A DNA stretch of 64,000 nt from the IMG/VR virus record IMGVR_UViG_3300008255_000105. One strand, 5' to 3'. The notes under the pieces are model-generated. The model was not told the origin of the DNA. It searched no databases and saw only the letters and a program-made list of their open reading frames with translations. Positions 1-10,494 of the stretch are shown piece by piece. Each line of letters begins with the position of its first letter. Positions within the stretch are counted from its first letter, which is position 1. This DNA comes from a virus (taxonomy: Duplodnaviria > Heunggongvirae > Uroviricota > Caudoviricetes). The position numbers were made by a program, and so were the translations under genes.

Positions 1-1136
1 GCATAATTTTAGTAAAAGCACGATTGCCCTGGGTTTTAAGGACTGCTTTTCTTTTTTCTTTAAATTCAGGCAATTCTTCTATCCAAGGCATAGACTTTAC
101 ATTACTATAATTTATTGGTTGTTTAATCTTCATCATTAAATCTGATAAATTATTGCAAGCTTTTTCAAATTCTTCGAAAGTTTTAATTTTTCCAAAGTAA
201 GAATTGAAAACAGTAGAGACTTTAACGGAATTAACTGTAAATTTAGAAGATTTCAAAAATGTTCTGAACCCCATTAATCCAAAGATATTTTTTTCTTTTA
301 ATTCCTCTAAAAATGGTTCTATTTTATTTAAAACCTTTGTTATTCCCGTCTTATTGTCTCCTAAAACATTGTCAATGTAATATCCCTTTGAGACAAAATA
401 CTTTAATAGATTTTTGAAACTTTCTGAATCAAAATTAAATCTATATCTGATGTCATTTACCGTGTCAAAGGTAAAGTCAAAAGAGCTTGAACTATATTTC
501 TTGTTTGAGACTAAAAGTTTAGCTAGATTATTTGCTGGGAATTCTTTACCTGACACTTCAAAGTTAAAAGCTTCATTTAATTTGAGACCATAGAGCCTGT
601 CACAACTTTGCGGATCTATAATTATTGTAACTATTTCGTCGTTAACTTTTACAGATAGAATAACATCTGATTCATAAAATGGATAGCTTCTAGATGAAAA
701 CTTGCAGCCAATTGAGAACAAATCTATCTGTTCAACATCTATTGTTTCTTTTTCTCCTGAATAATCAGATGGGTTTTTTGTGATGTTGTAACTGCCATAT
801 CGTGTTTTCCCATAATTACTTGTTTCGTTAACAACAGTAAAAAACAGCGGAAAATCTTTTTTATCTCCAATTATATTGTAGTTGTTAAATGTCCCTTCGG
901 CGAGAAAAATTCGAAGAGAAATTAACTTCATTTTATCATCTGGGATTGGAAAATCTGGTAAACTAAAATCATCATCTTGTTCTACAACCAAAAATTTACA
1001 ATCCCCATACACCCGGCCAAACAAATCACGGGGTCTGTCCTCAACTGGTAATAAATTATTATAGCTATTACTTTGGGCAAGCCCAAACAATTCATCAACA
1101 GCAACGAATTTTCTATTCAGGTCTATGTTAAACATG
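1..1136 (-). CDS. hypothetical protein; ORF runs off the window start (3' end outside window)
   Basis: minus-strand ATG at 1136-1134 with an open frame to position 1 (translated by eye); no recognisable motif. Confidence 0.4.
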
Positions 1137-1544
1137 TGGGTTGGCTCCTTCTGCCTCTCTCAGTCGAAACGATAATCTGTAGCTTCAAAATAATCAACGA
1201 TTTCGTATATCCTTTGTTGTGCTCTTTTAATAATATCATCTGCTATTTTCAAAGCGCCTTTAATGCATTCGCCTTTGTTTTCATCCCTAAATCTCTCTTC
1301 TTCCGTTTTTATTCTTATCTCTGCTTCATAATGGAAATCTTGTTCGCTATTTGGCATAGAATAAGATTTTCTTTGGATAAAGATACTAACTGGCCCGATG
1401 ATAATGACTTCTCTGGTGTCATTGACTTTCAAAAGTGGACTCATTGACATTTTTGTTTCCTACCAGCAATTCTGCAACAAGATGTTGCAGAGACATTGTA
1501 ACACAGTCTACATACGCTCATGGTGGTATAGCCAAGTGGAATTT

Positions 1545-2462
1545 TTAAAAAGCCAGATCATTAAAAGATTGATCTTGATTGAATTGATCATCTTCCATTA
1601 GAATTGGGTTTTCATTTTTTGATCTTTCATACATTTCTTCTGTATCTAAAATTAATTCCTCTCTTTTTGCTAGTAGCCTATTTATTTCAAATTCTATTGA
1701 ATCTATTTCATCTATTTTAGCCTGAATGGCAGCCAAAAATCTCTTGGGGCTTTTCCATCTTGATTTTTTTACAGAGACAGATATCAATTCTGATTGCTTC
1801 TTTTGATTTATTAATTCTAAAATATCTTTTTCTTTTGAGATTTCATCTTCTTCAATAATTTCTTTTTCTTCTTTTCCTTCATCTTCTATATAATTTGATA
1901 TATCAAAATTTGCTCTTAAATAATCAGAAGCTTCTCTCAAAGTTTGGAATGTGTTTTGAGTAACAATTTCTGACCCTATATTGTAAATAATTAAGTCAAA
2001 ATTATCATTTTGAATAGTTATTTTATATCTAAAAGAATCTTCTCCTGAATATTTATTAAAATAGGTATTAACAAAATATATAGTCTCTTTGTTTATTGAT
2101 TGGATTAGTCCGAGGATATTAGATAAATTACCAAAGACACCGATTGGATAATCTGGCATATAGAAAATGGGATCAAGCCGAACGCATTTCTTTCGAATTA
2201 ATATAGATTCTACTTCTTTTAAAGCATCTCGAAATGAAAAAAATTCCTTATTATAAGAATCTCTTTGTATAAGAAAAGATTCGGGGGTGTTGTCATATAA
2301 ATCTTTAGTATATAACAAAATCTGATAAGTGTCTTCTTCAAAAGATCTATAAATTTCCACATAATAAAAGACGCTCCAATCCTTATCTTGCAACAATTCA
2401 ATAGCCATATTTTTTGGATAAAAAATATATGATTTTTGGAACGTAACTGATTGAGTTTTCAT
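1545..2462 (-). CDS. hypothetical protein (305 aa)
   Basis: long ORF on the dominant coding strand; no motif recognised. Confidence 0.55.
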   Translation of the reverse strand: MKTQSVTFQKSYIFYPKNMAIELLQDKDWSVFYYVEIYRSFEEDTYQILLYTKDLYDNTPESFLIQRDSYNKEFFSFRDALKEVESILIRKKCVRLDPIFYMPDYPIGVFGNLSNILGLIQSINKETIYFVNTYFNKYSGEDSFRYKITIQNDNFDLIIYNIGSEIVTQNTFQTLREASDYLRANFDISNYIEDEGKEEKEIIEEDEISKEKDILELINQKKQSELISVSVKKSRWKSPKRFLAAIQAKIDEIDSIEFEINRLLAKREELILDTEEMYERSKNENPILMEDDQFNQDQSFNDLAF

Positions 2463-2479
2463 TTTATTTTTCGATTAAC

Positions 2480-2857
2480 TTAAAAGATAAGATCCCCAAA
2501 ATCATCTTTTGAATCTTCTCCCTCTTGAATTTCTGCAACATAGCTATTGTCTGCTTTCAGACCTTCTAATCTCCAACTCCAATCTAAAGGTTTTGACAAA
2601 ATTTTATATCCTTTTTTTGTTTTTTCTCTTAATTTCTTTTTTGCATCTAAATAAGCTAATGTGTAAGATTTATAGTCTTTTATGTTTTTCACAGGATTAC
2701 AACCAATTCTGCCATGATAATAAATAACACTCACCAAACCATTTGATGTTGATGGACAAATTTCATATGCCCAGAATTTGAACTCATTTTTTTGATTGTT
2801 CACGCATTCCGAATAGACACGCTGTTGCTTATCGCCAGCTTCTGCAAAGCTTTCCAT
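2480..2857 (-). CDS. WGR-domain protein (125 aa)
   Basis: KFWAYEI...VIYYHGRIGCNPVKNIKDYKSYTLAYLDAKKKLREKTKKGYKI matches the WGR consensus (W/HGRIG ... KKGY). Confidence 0.5.
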   Translation of the reverse strand: MESFAEAGDKQQRVYSECVNNQKNEFKFWAYEICPSTSNGLVSVIYYHGRIGCNPVKNIKDYKSYTLAYLDAKKKLREKTKKGYKILSKPLDWSWRLEGLKADNSYVAEIQEGEDSKDDFGDLIF

Positions 2858-3260
2858 CTAATTTTCACCGTTCCTTAGTTGGTCTTCTCTAAAGATTTAG
2901 TTGCTCGAACAGACTTAATTTTTTTGTTTCTCTTTCGGTTTCATCTTCTATTTTTGACAATAAATCCTCTAACTTTTCGCTTAAATACTTCATTGCTTTA
3001 AGTATTTGTTGGATTTGGAAATCTATTGATTCTTTTGTCTCTGGCTGTTCTGTTGATTCGCTTATCATAAAAACCTCTATTCATCATCATCGTCTGAGTA
3101 ATCCCAATCGCAACCCTCTTCAAGCTCATTATCTATCAATTCAAATTTGTTATCTCCGATATAAATGATTTCAATTCCGGTCACTATTTCAAAAATTTCA
3201 GCCAAATTATCTCTATCTACTGTTCTAACTCCTTCTAATATAGAAAAAATTACACTTTCT

Positions 3261-4034
3261 CTATCTGTTATATTTCCCATGATTTTTTTTGTTTATCCTT
3301 TTTTTTCTTGGTTTGCTTTGATGTTCTGTTTTCTTAAAACTTTGATCATCAAATCCTTTCATGTCTCTCATATCTTCATCAGAAATCTTTTGAGGCACTT
3401 CTTCATTGTTGGTTAAAACACCAGAAATAAACATTCTTATTTCTTGATACGCAGAAAAAGTGTCAAATATCTTTTGAAATTCCCAATCTTCAAGTTTCGG
3501 GCAAACTGTTAAAATTACTTCAACCTCTTTTGGTTGAATCAAAAAGCACGGAGTTTTAAGCTCAAAAAATATATTCAAAAAAGATTCTGAAATTGTATCC
3601 ATTTTTGTAAACAACTCATTAGCTTTTCTTTTTCTTGAGACATGATCTGCATTTTCTCTTTTGCCTAATTTTTTATGAGATTGAAGAATTTTATTTGTTA
3701 CCTCAACAAATTCTTCAAATGAATAACAAAATTTCTTAACTACTTTATTCTCCATCTTATTCTCAACTTTGTTAAAAGTTTTTTCTGACCACCATACTAT
3801 AGTTACTTCATAGAGTTTACCACAAAATCCAATTACATTAAACATGCAACTATATGGTAAACGATAATAACTCCAAGAACGAGCCACAAATCCAAAAAGT
3901 TTTTTTAATTCACCTTCATAAGTATACTTTCGCAATTCTTCTTCAACTTGATTGCGAACAAAAACAGGTGTTCTTTCTTCATCATCCCTTTGAACAGAAT
4001 CGTAATAATCCTTGAAACCAGAGATTATACGCAT
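3261..4034 (-). CDS. hypothetical protein (257 aa)
   Basis: ORF on dominant strand. Confidence 0.5.
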   Translation of the reverse strand: MRIISGFKDYYDSVQRDDEERTPVFVRNQVEEELRKYTYEGELKKLFGFVARSWSYYRLPYSCMFNVIGFCGKLYEVTIVWWSEKTFNKVENKMENKVVKKFCYSFEEFVEVTNKILQSHKKLGKRENADHVSRKRKANELFTKMDTISESFLNIFFELKTPCFLIQPKEVEVILTVCPKLEDWEFQKIFDTFSAYQEIRMFISGVLTNNEEVPQKISDEDMRDMKGFDDQSFKKTEHQSKPRKKRINKKNHGKYNR

Positions 4035-4040
4035 CGATCT

Positions 4041-4337
4041 TCAATGCCTCCTTTTCGGTTTTTTCGGGCGGATTTTCTTATTAATCCCTTTTTTCTTCTC
4101 AATCTCTTTTTTAAGATTATCCATCAAATCCTTGACTTCATCACGTTCAGAAATACCATCCATTCTTGGAAAATTAACTTCCCAAAAAGAATAAATCTTT
4201 AGTTCTGGACTTTTTTCAAGTTTTAAACAAAAAGATGCAGCATCCTCTATCCTAACGAAAAGATGTTCATCTAATTTCCAGAATCTTTCATCTTCAGGAT
4301 CTTCAATTTCTGAATGTTCAATTAATAATGATAGCAT
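4041..4337 (-). CDS. hypothetical small protein (98 aa)
   Basis: ORF, tight spacing with neighbours. Confidence 0.4.
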   Translation of the reverse strand: MLSLLIEHSEIEDPEDERFWKLDEHLFVRIEDAASFCLKLEKSPELKIYSFWEVNFPRMDGISERDEVKDLMDNLKKEIEKKKGINKKIRPKKPKRRH

Positions 4338-4584
4338 TATTAATTTCTAGTTTTTCTAGTTTTTCTAGTTTTTCTAGTTTTTCTAGTTTTTCTAGTTTTT
4401 CTAGTTTTTCTAGTTTTTCTTGAAGCGCTGAAACAATATCTTCATGCAATATCTTCGAGCCTCTCCTTAAACACCAATCAATCCTTGCAGCATGGGATGG
4501 TTTTAATTCTTCTTCGGCTAAAACCTCTTCTGAAATATCTTTAACCAAATTATATAATAAATTTGGCAATGAACAGTTTCCCAT
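4318..4584 (-). CDS. hypothetical protein with (LEK)n repeat
   Basis: ORF containing a 9-bp tandem repeat (tttttctag x8, 4344-4418) coding LEKLEK... Confidence 0.4.
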   Translation of the reverse strand: MGNCSLPNLLYNLVKDISEEVLAEEELKPSHAARIDWCLRRGSKILHEDIVSALQEKLEKLEKLEKLEKLEKLEKLEKLEINNAIIIN

Positions 4585-4634
4585 CTCTCGCTCCTCTCGC
4601 TCCTCTCGCTGGGGCTTTTCCGTCGCAGGTCTGG

Positions 4635-5312
4635 TTAGGTCGCATCCTGTGGCTCTGTTGGGGCATCCTGTGCTTGGGTCTCGCCTTCGCTACCTTCGTC
4701 TTTTACGAAAATGTCAAAAGAATCATTTGGGTAGGCAAAGAAATCTTCGTTTTTCCCATAAAAATCATGAAGTTGTCTTTTTGCTAATTCTGAGATATCA
4801 AAAAAATCTATTTCTCTAGGATTGTTTTTGTAGTTTTTTAATTTGATCGCATCACCAAGATTTATGTTATTCAAATAAGCAAAATAAATAACTTTAAGAT
4901 ATTGTTCACAAAGTTCTTTCCCACTAGTTTTGATTGCATTGGGATGTTTTAAAAAGCCACCTTTGAGTTCGGAAACTCTGACCCATTCATTATCAAATTC
5001 TCTTAACGGTTTGACTCTTTTTATCACAAAATCCCATGTCTCTTTGTAAAAGAAGATACTTCTTAAATCTGGTCTATCGTCAAATTCATGTTTTATCTCA
5101 TAATCCAAGCCATCAATAACTCCATCCTCTAAAACTCCGACTGCAATCATTTCAATTTTGTCAAGCAACCCGAAAGGGTGAGCAAAAGTCAAGGAAAAAC
5201 AAAAAAAATAATCATCAACATCTTGTTCTGGTTTATATTTTGGCAAAACCATAACAACTTCTTCACCATTTGAAATTGGGACTTTAGTGAGCGCATCTGC
5301 CTCAAAATTCAT
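4635..5312 (-). CDS. hypothetical protein (225 aa)
   Basis: ORF on dominant strand. Confidence 0.5.
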   Translation of the reverse strand: MNFEADALTKVPISNGEEVVMVLPKYKPEQDVDDYFFCFSLTFAHPFGLLDKIEMIAVGVLEDGVIDGLDYEIKHEFDDRPDLRSIFFYKETWDFVIKRVKPLREFDNEWVRVSELKGGFLKHPNAIKTSGKELCEQYLKVIYFAYLNNINLGDAIKLKNYKNNPREIDFFDISELAKRQLHDFYGKNEDFFAYPNDSFDIFVKDEGSEGETQAQDAPTEPQDAT

Positions 5313-5500
5313 TTGATACTCCCCAACTTGACATTACCAAACAAGCTGAAATCAATCTCACAAACGAATTGTAAATTGCAAATTTCTCTCTTTTTTTGAT
5401 TTTTAAACAAACTTCGTTGTTTTCAAACAACAATTGATATTTCTGACAAATTTTATTGATAAAATCATGTTTTTCATACGGTTCGTCTTTGATTGAGATA

Positions 5501-6897
5501 CCGTTCCTTAAAATCTGCGGAAATCTAAGCATTTGACAATGCTCCAAATATTCGCAAACCTACTGGTTTAAAACCGGCACCGTAAGGTCCGGTAAAGAAT
5601 CGATTCAAAATATTCCTCCCTGCATTTGTATCTGCGTTGCCTTTATGACCACAGCCAAGGCACAGGAATATCTCTCCATTCCGATTCTTCTTATCAGCAT
5701 GACCACATTCAAGGCAAGTGATACTGGTATTATAACAGGGAACAGAACGGAAGGAAACACGGTTTTCTTCACATCCCATTTGAACCCGATTCAACCAATA
5801 TCGCCACACCCACGAGCCGATAACTCGACGCATATTTTTGGAAAGGCGTCGTCTTTCCTTTGTCTTGTGATTCAAGTTTGACAACTTTTCAACAACCACA
5901 AGATCAATCTTTTCATTAGAAACTATTTGTTTTGCAACCTCATCCATTCGTTGTTTCAATGCCCTTCTGGCTCGCTTTTGTCCTTTAGAGCCATGTTCAC
6001 AACGAACTATTCTCTGCACACATTCTTTTATGTCTCTGCCCAACTGCTCACCGTTAGAAAAAGAAGCCAAGGCGTTGATGCCAGAGTCAATTCCGATAGC
6101 ATTTTTGCCTTCCTTCTTCTCTCCTGTTTGAATCTCAAAGCAGAACTGGACATCTTTGTCTGTTATGATGTAGCTATTCAATCTCTGTCCCAAATTGTTC
6201 CATTTGTTAAAATGCTTGTGATATCTGATTGGCAAGTCAATGATAGTCTTTTCCCCAATAGAAGACAGATGTAGCCAACCATCGAATTCGTTTGTCTTAG
6301 ATGGCTGAATATCAGCGATAGTGCAAGAGACATACATCCGATTGCCCTTATGCTTTGGCTTTTCTGCTGTCAATGCTTCTGCCTTCTGCTTCAACTGATT
6401 AGCTTTGTTGGAATACTTCGCCTTTTCGGCTTTAGCTAACAATCGCTTCTTATCATTGGCTATTCGCTCTTGCGAGGCTTTAATCATATCTATTGCTTCA
6501 CGAGCACAGACTTTTCTAAGTCTCGCTGATAGCCAAGACTCTGGTTTATTGACTATATCCTTTAGCAATTCTGCTTTGGTTGGGCAATCATCCCAGAAAG
6601 AATCAATGAACAGATTGCAAAGTCTACCATATTCAGTCAGCACAGTTTTAAGTTGCTCACGCTTGGTAGCGGTAGCGAATTTCAAAGAACACTGTGTTGA
6701 CCGAATTATCTTCATTTTTCTGTCTTCGCCTCTGCTTCTTTAGCTTCCGCTTCTTTCTATTTTCACTACTTCTTTTGCCGTATATTTTGTTGGAAAATGA
6801 CGCCATTAGAGAAGCCGGGTTTGCGAATGCTCACATGTTTCCCTTTCGTTTCCCGCAGTTATCCATAGATTTTCGCAGATTTAGTGCCAACTGTTAT
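5501..6897 (-). mobile_element. tnpB-only IS (IS607/IS1341-like derivative), copy 1
   Basis: both termini are shared with the 33414-37414 element: RE side ccgttccttaaaatctgcggaaatcta... (5501-) and LE side atccatagatttYcgcagatttagtgccaactgttat (6861-6897); similarity stops at 5500/6898. Confidence 0.6.
5525..6715 (-). CDS. tnpB: TnpB (RuvC-like, OMEGA/Cas12-ancestor family), 396 aa
   Basis: RuvC motifs IGIDSGI, VVVEKLS, NADTNAGRNI plus C-terminal zinc finger CLECGH...CLGCGH; ~85% identical to the 33438-34628 copy. Confidence 0.85.
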   Translation of the reverse strand: MKIIRSTQCSLKFATATKREQLKTVLTEYGRLCNLFIDSFWDDCPTKAELLKDIVNKPESWLSARLRKVCAREAIDMIKASQERIANDKKRLLAKAEKAKYSNKANQLKQKAEALTAEKPKHKGNRMYVSCTIADIQPSKTNEFDGWLHLSSIGEKTIIDLPIRYHKHFNKWNNLGQRLNSYIITDKDVQFCFEIQTGEKKEGKNAIGIDSGINALASFSNGEQLGRDIKECVQRIVRCEHGSKGQKRARRALKQRMDEVAKQIVSNEKIDLVVVEKLSNLNHKTKERRRLSKNMRRVIGSWVWRYWLNRVQMGCEENRVSFRSVPCYNTSITCLECGHADKKNRNGEIFLCLGCGHKGNADTNAGRNILNRFFTGPYGAGFKPVGLRIFGALSNA

Positions 6898-7127
6898 TAA
6901 CCCATCAAGATAGCTATTGTCCCTTCGTCGGACAGAACAAAATAATCATCTTCAATTGAGAAAATTATTGAGACACCAGAGCCATCTGGGTAAATCAAAT
7001 CTGTTTCAACCAAAAAAGAGTTTTCACTATGATCTTGCAAAAAATATTCATTCCTTCCAATTAGATCGTAGACATCATCTAGTATTAAATGACCCATCTC
7101 TCTCACTGCCTCCGCTGCCATTGCCAC
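6897..7127 (-). CDS. hypothetical 76-aa ORF ending at the IS left-end boundary (possible 5' part of an IS-disrupted gene)
   Basis: ORF stop uses the terminal t of the IS (6897) plus ta of the flank (6898-6899); an extended -10 promoter sits directly upstream. Confidence 0.35.
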   Translation of the reverse strand: MAMAAEAVREMGHLILDDVYDLIGRNEYFLQDHSENSFLVETDLIYPDGSGVSIIFSIEDDYFVLSDEGTIAILMG

Positions 7128-7132
7128 CCTGT

Positions 7133-7142
7133 ATTATACCAC
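7133..7142 (-). promoter_or_regulatory. extended -10 promoter element GTGGTATAAT (minus strand)
   Basis: exact TGnTATAAT; one of five copies of attataccac in the window, each upstream of a minus-strand gene or RNA. Confidence 0.4.
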
Positions 7143-7162
7143 AACGCTGCCTCTGCGGCGGT

Positions 7163-7200
7163 TGGTGGAAAAAACAAACGGCCGGTGGACTCCGGCCGTT
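7163..7200 (-). terminator. intrinsic terminator (minus strand)
   Basis: 9-bp GC stem aacggccgg/ccggccgtt with loop tggact, followed on the minus strand by TTTGTTTTTTCC. Confidence 0.5.
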
Positions 7201-7399
7201 CGTGGTTCTTTATTAACTTGGTCGTCCCAGCACACAATTACATTCTGACCATTCTTGGGGACGGGTCCTTTTACAGCTATAGCCGAAGTTGCGGCCTCTG
7301 ATTTCGTCTTCAGGACGCTTTTATTCCCATAAAAGTAAGGATGCATATTTTTGTGATTTACATATGCGTCTATAACCAATTTGGTTTTTTGCTGTTAAT

Positions 7400-8470
7400 T
7401 CAATTATATGTAACAATTTCTAAATCTTCTCCGTTAATTTCTTTTTTAATTCTTTCTATCGCTATTTCACTTATTTTTACAAATTTTCCATCTGTCTTTT
7501 TAATCTTTTCATTAGATTGGATACCTATGAATCGAAGATCGTTTTTGTGCCTTGAACAAGCTATCGCAGTTGAAGCTGTCCCCGCAAAAAAATCTAGAAC
7601 AACGTCGCCATCATCTGTAAATATATCTAGAATTTTCAACAACAACCCAATTGGTTTTGGGGATTCAAAAGCACGAACATCACCTATTTCTTTTTGAAGA
7701 TTTTGAGTTGCAGAGTGATAATGCCCAACCTCTTTCCAACTCCAAACTGTGCTTGGTGGGACCTCAAAAGTTTTGCTAAAATATTGTTTAACATAAACCT
7801 CCCAATGATTATTCTTTTTCACCCATTCAAGGAATTCTTTTTCTTTTTCAACTTTTTTCTTTGACCATCTCCAATGACCTTGGGTGCCATCAGGTTTGAT
7901 GGGCCAAACCTCCGACCCATCAGGTGAAGTCAAAGGGTAGAAAAGAGTTGGGGCATTTTCTTTTAAAGAACCTTTCCCTTCTTTTCTTAATGATCGTCGT
8001 CGATATTTCCCTTTTAAATCTTCGTGATTAAATCTATTTGTATAATTTTCATCAGCTTGTCTAATTTCTTTGTTTATTTTTGAATTTTTACTTCTTTTAT
8101 AAACTAATAAATATTCATGATCTTTTGAAAAGAACGAGCAATTCATTTTGGGGCTATAATTTCTATGCCAAACTAATGTCGCTACAAAATTACTTTCTCC
8201 GAAAATTTTATCCATCATCAATTTCAAGTTGTAAATTTCATTATCATCAATAGATAAACAAATAAACCCATTGTTTTGAAGAATTCTAAAAGATTCTTTT
8301 AGGCAAGGATAAATCATTTCTTTCCATTGTTGATGTGTTTTAGAATCTTCATAACTCAAAGAGTTTTTTGTATTGTAAGGCAAATCAGAATAAATTAATT
8401 TAACAGATTTATCATCAATTCTTTTTAATGCTATTTTATTATCAGATTCTATAAATAAAAATTTTATCAA
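7400..8470 (-). CDS. DNA methyltransferase (beta-class N6A/N4C type)
   Basis: motif IV-like SDLPY precedes motif I FFAGTAST (order IV then I is typical of the beta class). Confidence 0.7.
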   Translation of the reverse strand: MIKFLFIESDNKIALKRIDDKSVKLIYSDLPYNTKNSLSYEDSKTHQQWKEMIYPCLKESFRILQNNGFICLSIDDNEIYNLKLMMDKIFGESNFVATLVWHRNYSPKMNCSFFSKDHEYLLVYKRSKNSKINKEIRQADENYTNRFNHEDLKGKYRRRSLRKEGKGSLKENAPTLFYPLTSPDGSEVWPIKPDGTQGHWRWSKKKVEKEKEFLEWVKKNNHWEVYVKQYFSKTFEVPPSTVWSWKEVGHYHSATQNLQKEIGDVRAFESPKPIGLLLKILDIFTDDGDVVLDFFAGTASTAIACSRHKNDLRFIGIQSNEKIKKTDGKFVKISEIAIERIKKEINGEDLEIVTYN

Positions 8471-8975
8471 TCATTCCCTTTCTAAATCAATTTGTTCTAA
8501 TATTATATCTATGTTAGAACAAAATATGGGTTCTAATTCTAAACGCTGTGAAATATTTTGCAAAAGTTTCATTTCCTCTTCAATGTTGTAACCTAGGGAT
8601 CCCATTAGTCCTTTTCGTGCTAATCTCAAAAAGATCGATTTTACTCTTAATCTCAAGTAATAAAGATATGCAACTTTAAACAGATTATATAATAAGACAC
8701 ATGAAATAACAAAATATGAAATGAAAAAAATATCTCAATTGTCATAGAATACTCTAACCTAATCATTTCTTTGAAGATTTTATTGCAATCTTTTAGTAAA
8801 ATGAAAAGAACCGAAACCAATAGGAAACGTGTTGTTATAAATAAATTGCATTTTCTGGTTATTAGATCTTCTCTGTTAAAAGTGTCCAAACCTCCTAATT
8901 TTAAAATTTCTGATACAGATCTAGTCTGTTGTTCTCTATAGTAGTTAATGGATTTCATCTCTTACTCTCCTTCTG

Positions 8976-9518
8976 TTAAAGAGATATGTCATCAAACACA
9001 GATCCGACTTCAGACATATTTGTTTTTTCTGGTGATTTTTTTAATAGGATGGGTAATTCAATACTAGAGATGGACGCCACAACTTTTCGGTTAGAGTATA
9101 AATATAGACCTTGATTATCTAAGATTAATTCATTTCCAAAAACACCGACAGTTGTTCCCTCTGACAATTTATCCAAATTCAGAGAAAGAACAATATCTGA
9201 TTGGGATATTTTTTGAGTATCATTTAAATTAGACAACAAGACTAAATCATTATTATAAATAATTTTGTGTATAAAATACCATACTGCAAAATACATATAA
9301 AAATACATAGATAGATTAGAAATTCCGCCAAAAATAAAATAGAATATTAACTCGGATTTATAACTATGAAAAATAATTACTCCTGCTATAATACCTGTCA
9401 CTATTGATACAAATATAGATACCAACATTGCGTTGGAAATAAAATTTTTGGTAGAATTATATTGTTCTAATATATCACCGTGGACAGATACTAAATCAAT
9501 CCGCTTATTTTGTTCCAT
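8976..9518 (-). CDS. membrane protein (180 aa)
   Basis: several hydrophobic segments. Confidence 0.45.
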   Translation of the reverse strand: MEQNKRIDLVSVHGDILEQYNSTKNFISNAMLVSIFVSIVTGIIAGVIIFHSYKSELIFYFIFGGISNLSMYFYMYFAVWYFIHKIIYNNDLVLLSNLNDTQKISQSDIVLSLNLDKLSEGTTVGVFGNELILDNQGLYLYSNRKVVASISSIELPILLKKSPEKTNMSEVGSVFDDISL

Positions 9519-9528
9519 ATCCTCACTC

Positions 9529-10494
9529 TCAAGCCGGGATTTGCATTTCAGGATATTTTTCTTCTATAATCTTATTTCTTAATTCCTCGGAAAGAATACA
9601 TTCTTCTGAAGATTTTTCTACTAATTTAAACTTTGTGATATTGAGGCACAATGAACCTGAAATTAATTGATCCTCTCCTAGAAAAGCATCGTTATTCTGA
9701 ACAGCTATCGAAAATGGGAATAGTATACTTCCTAGTCTTATTTTATTTTCTCCTTCTGTCTCACCAATCTCTAACTTTGGCTTTGAATCAGAATTATAAA
9801 TATATCTCTCAACAAAATCATAGTTTACATTTATGGCAATTGAACTAATTATTTTATCCATAAAAAATTCAGGATCAACATTAGCTACCCATTCTCTTAT
9901 GCAAACCAGTTTGTCATAAATTGAGATGTTTTTATCAAAATCTAATTGATGTCCACTTCTTAAATAGGAATATAAAATTTTAAAATTAATTAAAGATTTT
10001 TTATCTATGTAAAATTCATCAGAGAATGATGATTTTCTTTTTTTGAAATTGACTACAAATGGGAACAACTGATTAGTTGGTTCTTCAAAGAAAGTTATTT
10101 TTTGAAATGAATTTAATGAGATGCTAACTAAAAAAATGTTATTAGGTATAAAACTAACCCCATAGACTTCTGTTAACAAAGAAAACCTTTTCATAACAGC
10201 AGATGAAAAACAATCTTTACATCTTTTATCCTCAAGTTTTTGAATTTCTTGTCTATCTAATCTTTTATTTTTTAATTCTAAAAATTCATCGCTTTTTGTT
10301 ATCACGCCATTTTTGATCACTGACATAATTGGAAAACCATTTTGTTTAAATCTAACTGTTGCATCTTTAATGTTTCTTTGATTTAAAAGATCAGTTATTT
10401 CTTTAGAAATATCTTTGACAACTCTATCTTTTTCTTCTAACTTTTCAAGGATACTTATTTTTATATCCAACATTCTCTCCTGGGCATAAATCAA
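9529..10494 (-). CDS. hypothetical protein (321 aa)
   Basis: ORF; 4-nt overlap with the downstream ORF. Confidence 0.5.
   Translation of the reverse strand: MIYAQERMLDIKISILEKLEEKDRVVKDISKEITDLLNQRNIKDATVRFKQNGFPIMSVIKNGVITKSDEFLELKNKRLDRQEIQKLEDKRCKDCFSSAVMKRFSLLTEVYGVSFIPNNIFLVSISLNSFQKITFFEEPTNQLFPFVVNFKKRKSSFSDEFYIDKKSLINFKILYSYLRSGHQLDFDKNISIYDKLVCIREWVANVDPEFFMDKIISSIAINVNYDFVERYIYNSDSKPKLEIGETEGENKIRLGSILFPFSIAVQNNDAFLGEDQLISGSLCLNITKFKLVEKSSEECILSEELRNKIIEEKYPEMQIPA

Noticed and set aside
1505-1545. tRNA-like 5' fragment catggtggtatagccaagtgg (acceptor plus D-arm-like)
   Set aside because: No T-arm or 3' acceptor follows on either strand. Probably chance similarity or a short att-like remnant.
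4344-4418. Possible CRISPR array (regularly spaced repeats)
   Set aside because: The units are 9 bp, perfectly tandem and in-frame coding repeats (LEK, VKE, TPA), not 25-40-bp repeats with spacers. No CRISPR array was found in the window.
5302-5547. ORFs beginning MEHCQMLRFPQILRNG at both IS right ends (5302-5547, 33122-33460)
   Set aside because: The shared 16 aa are simply the conserved IS terminus read in one frame. After the boundary the two diverge, so these are IS-end plus flank readthroughs, not a conserved gene.
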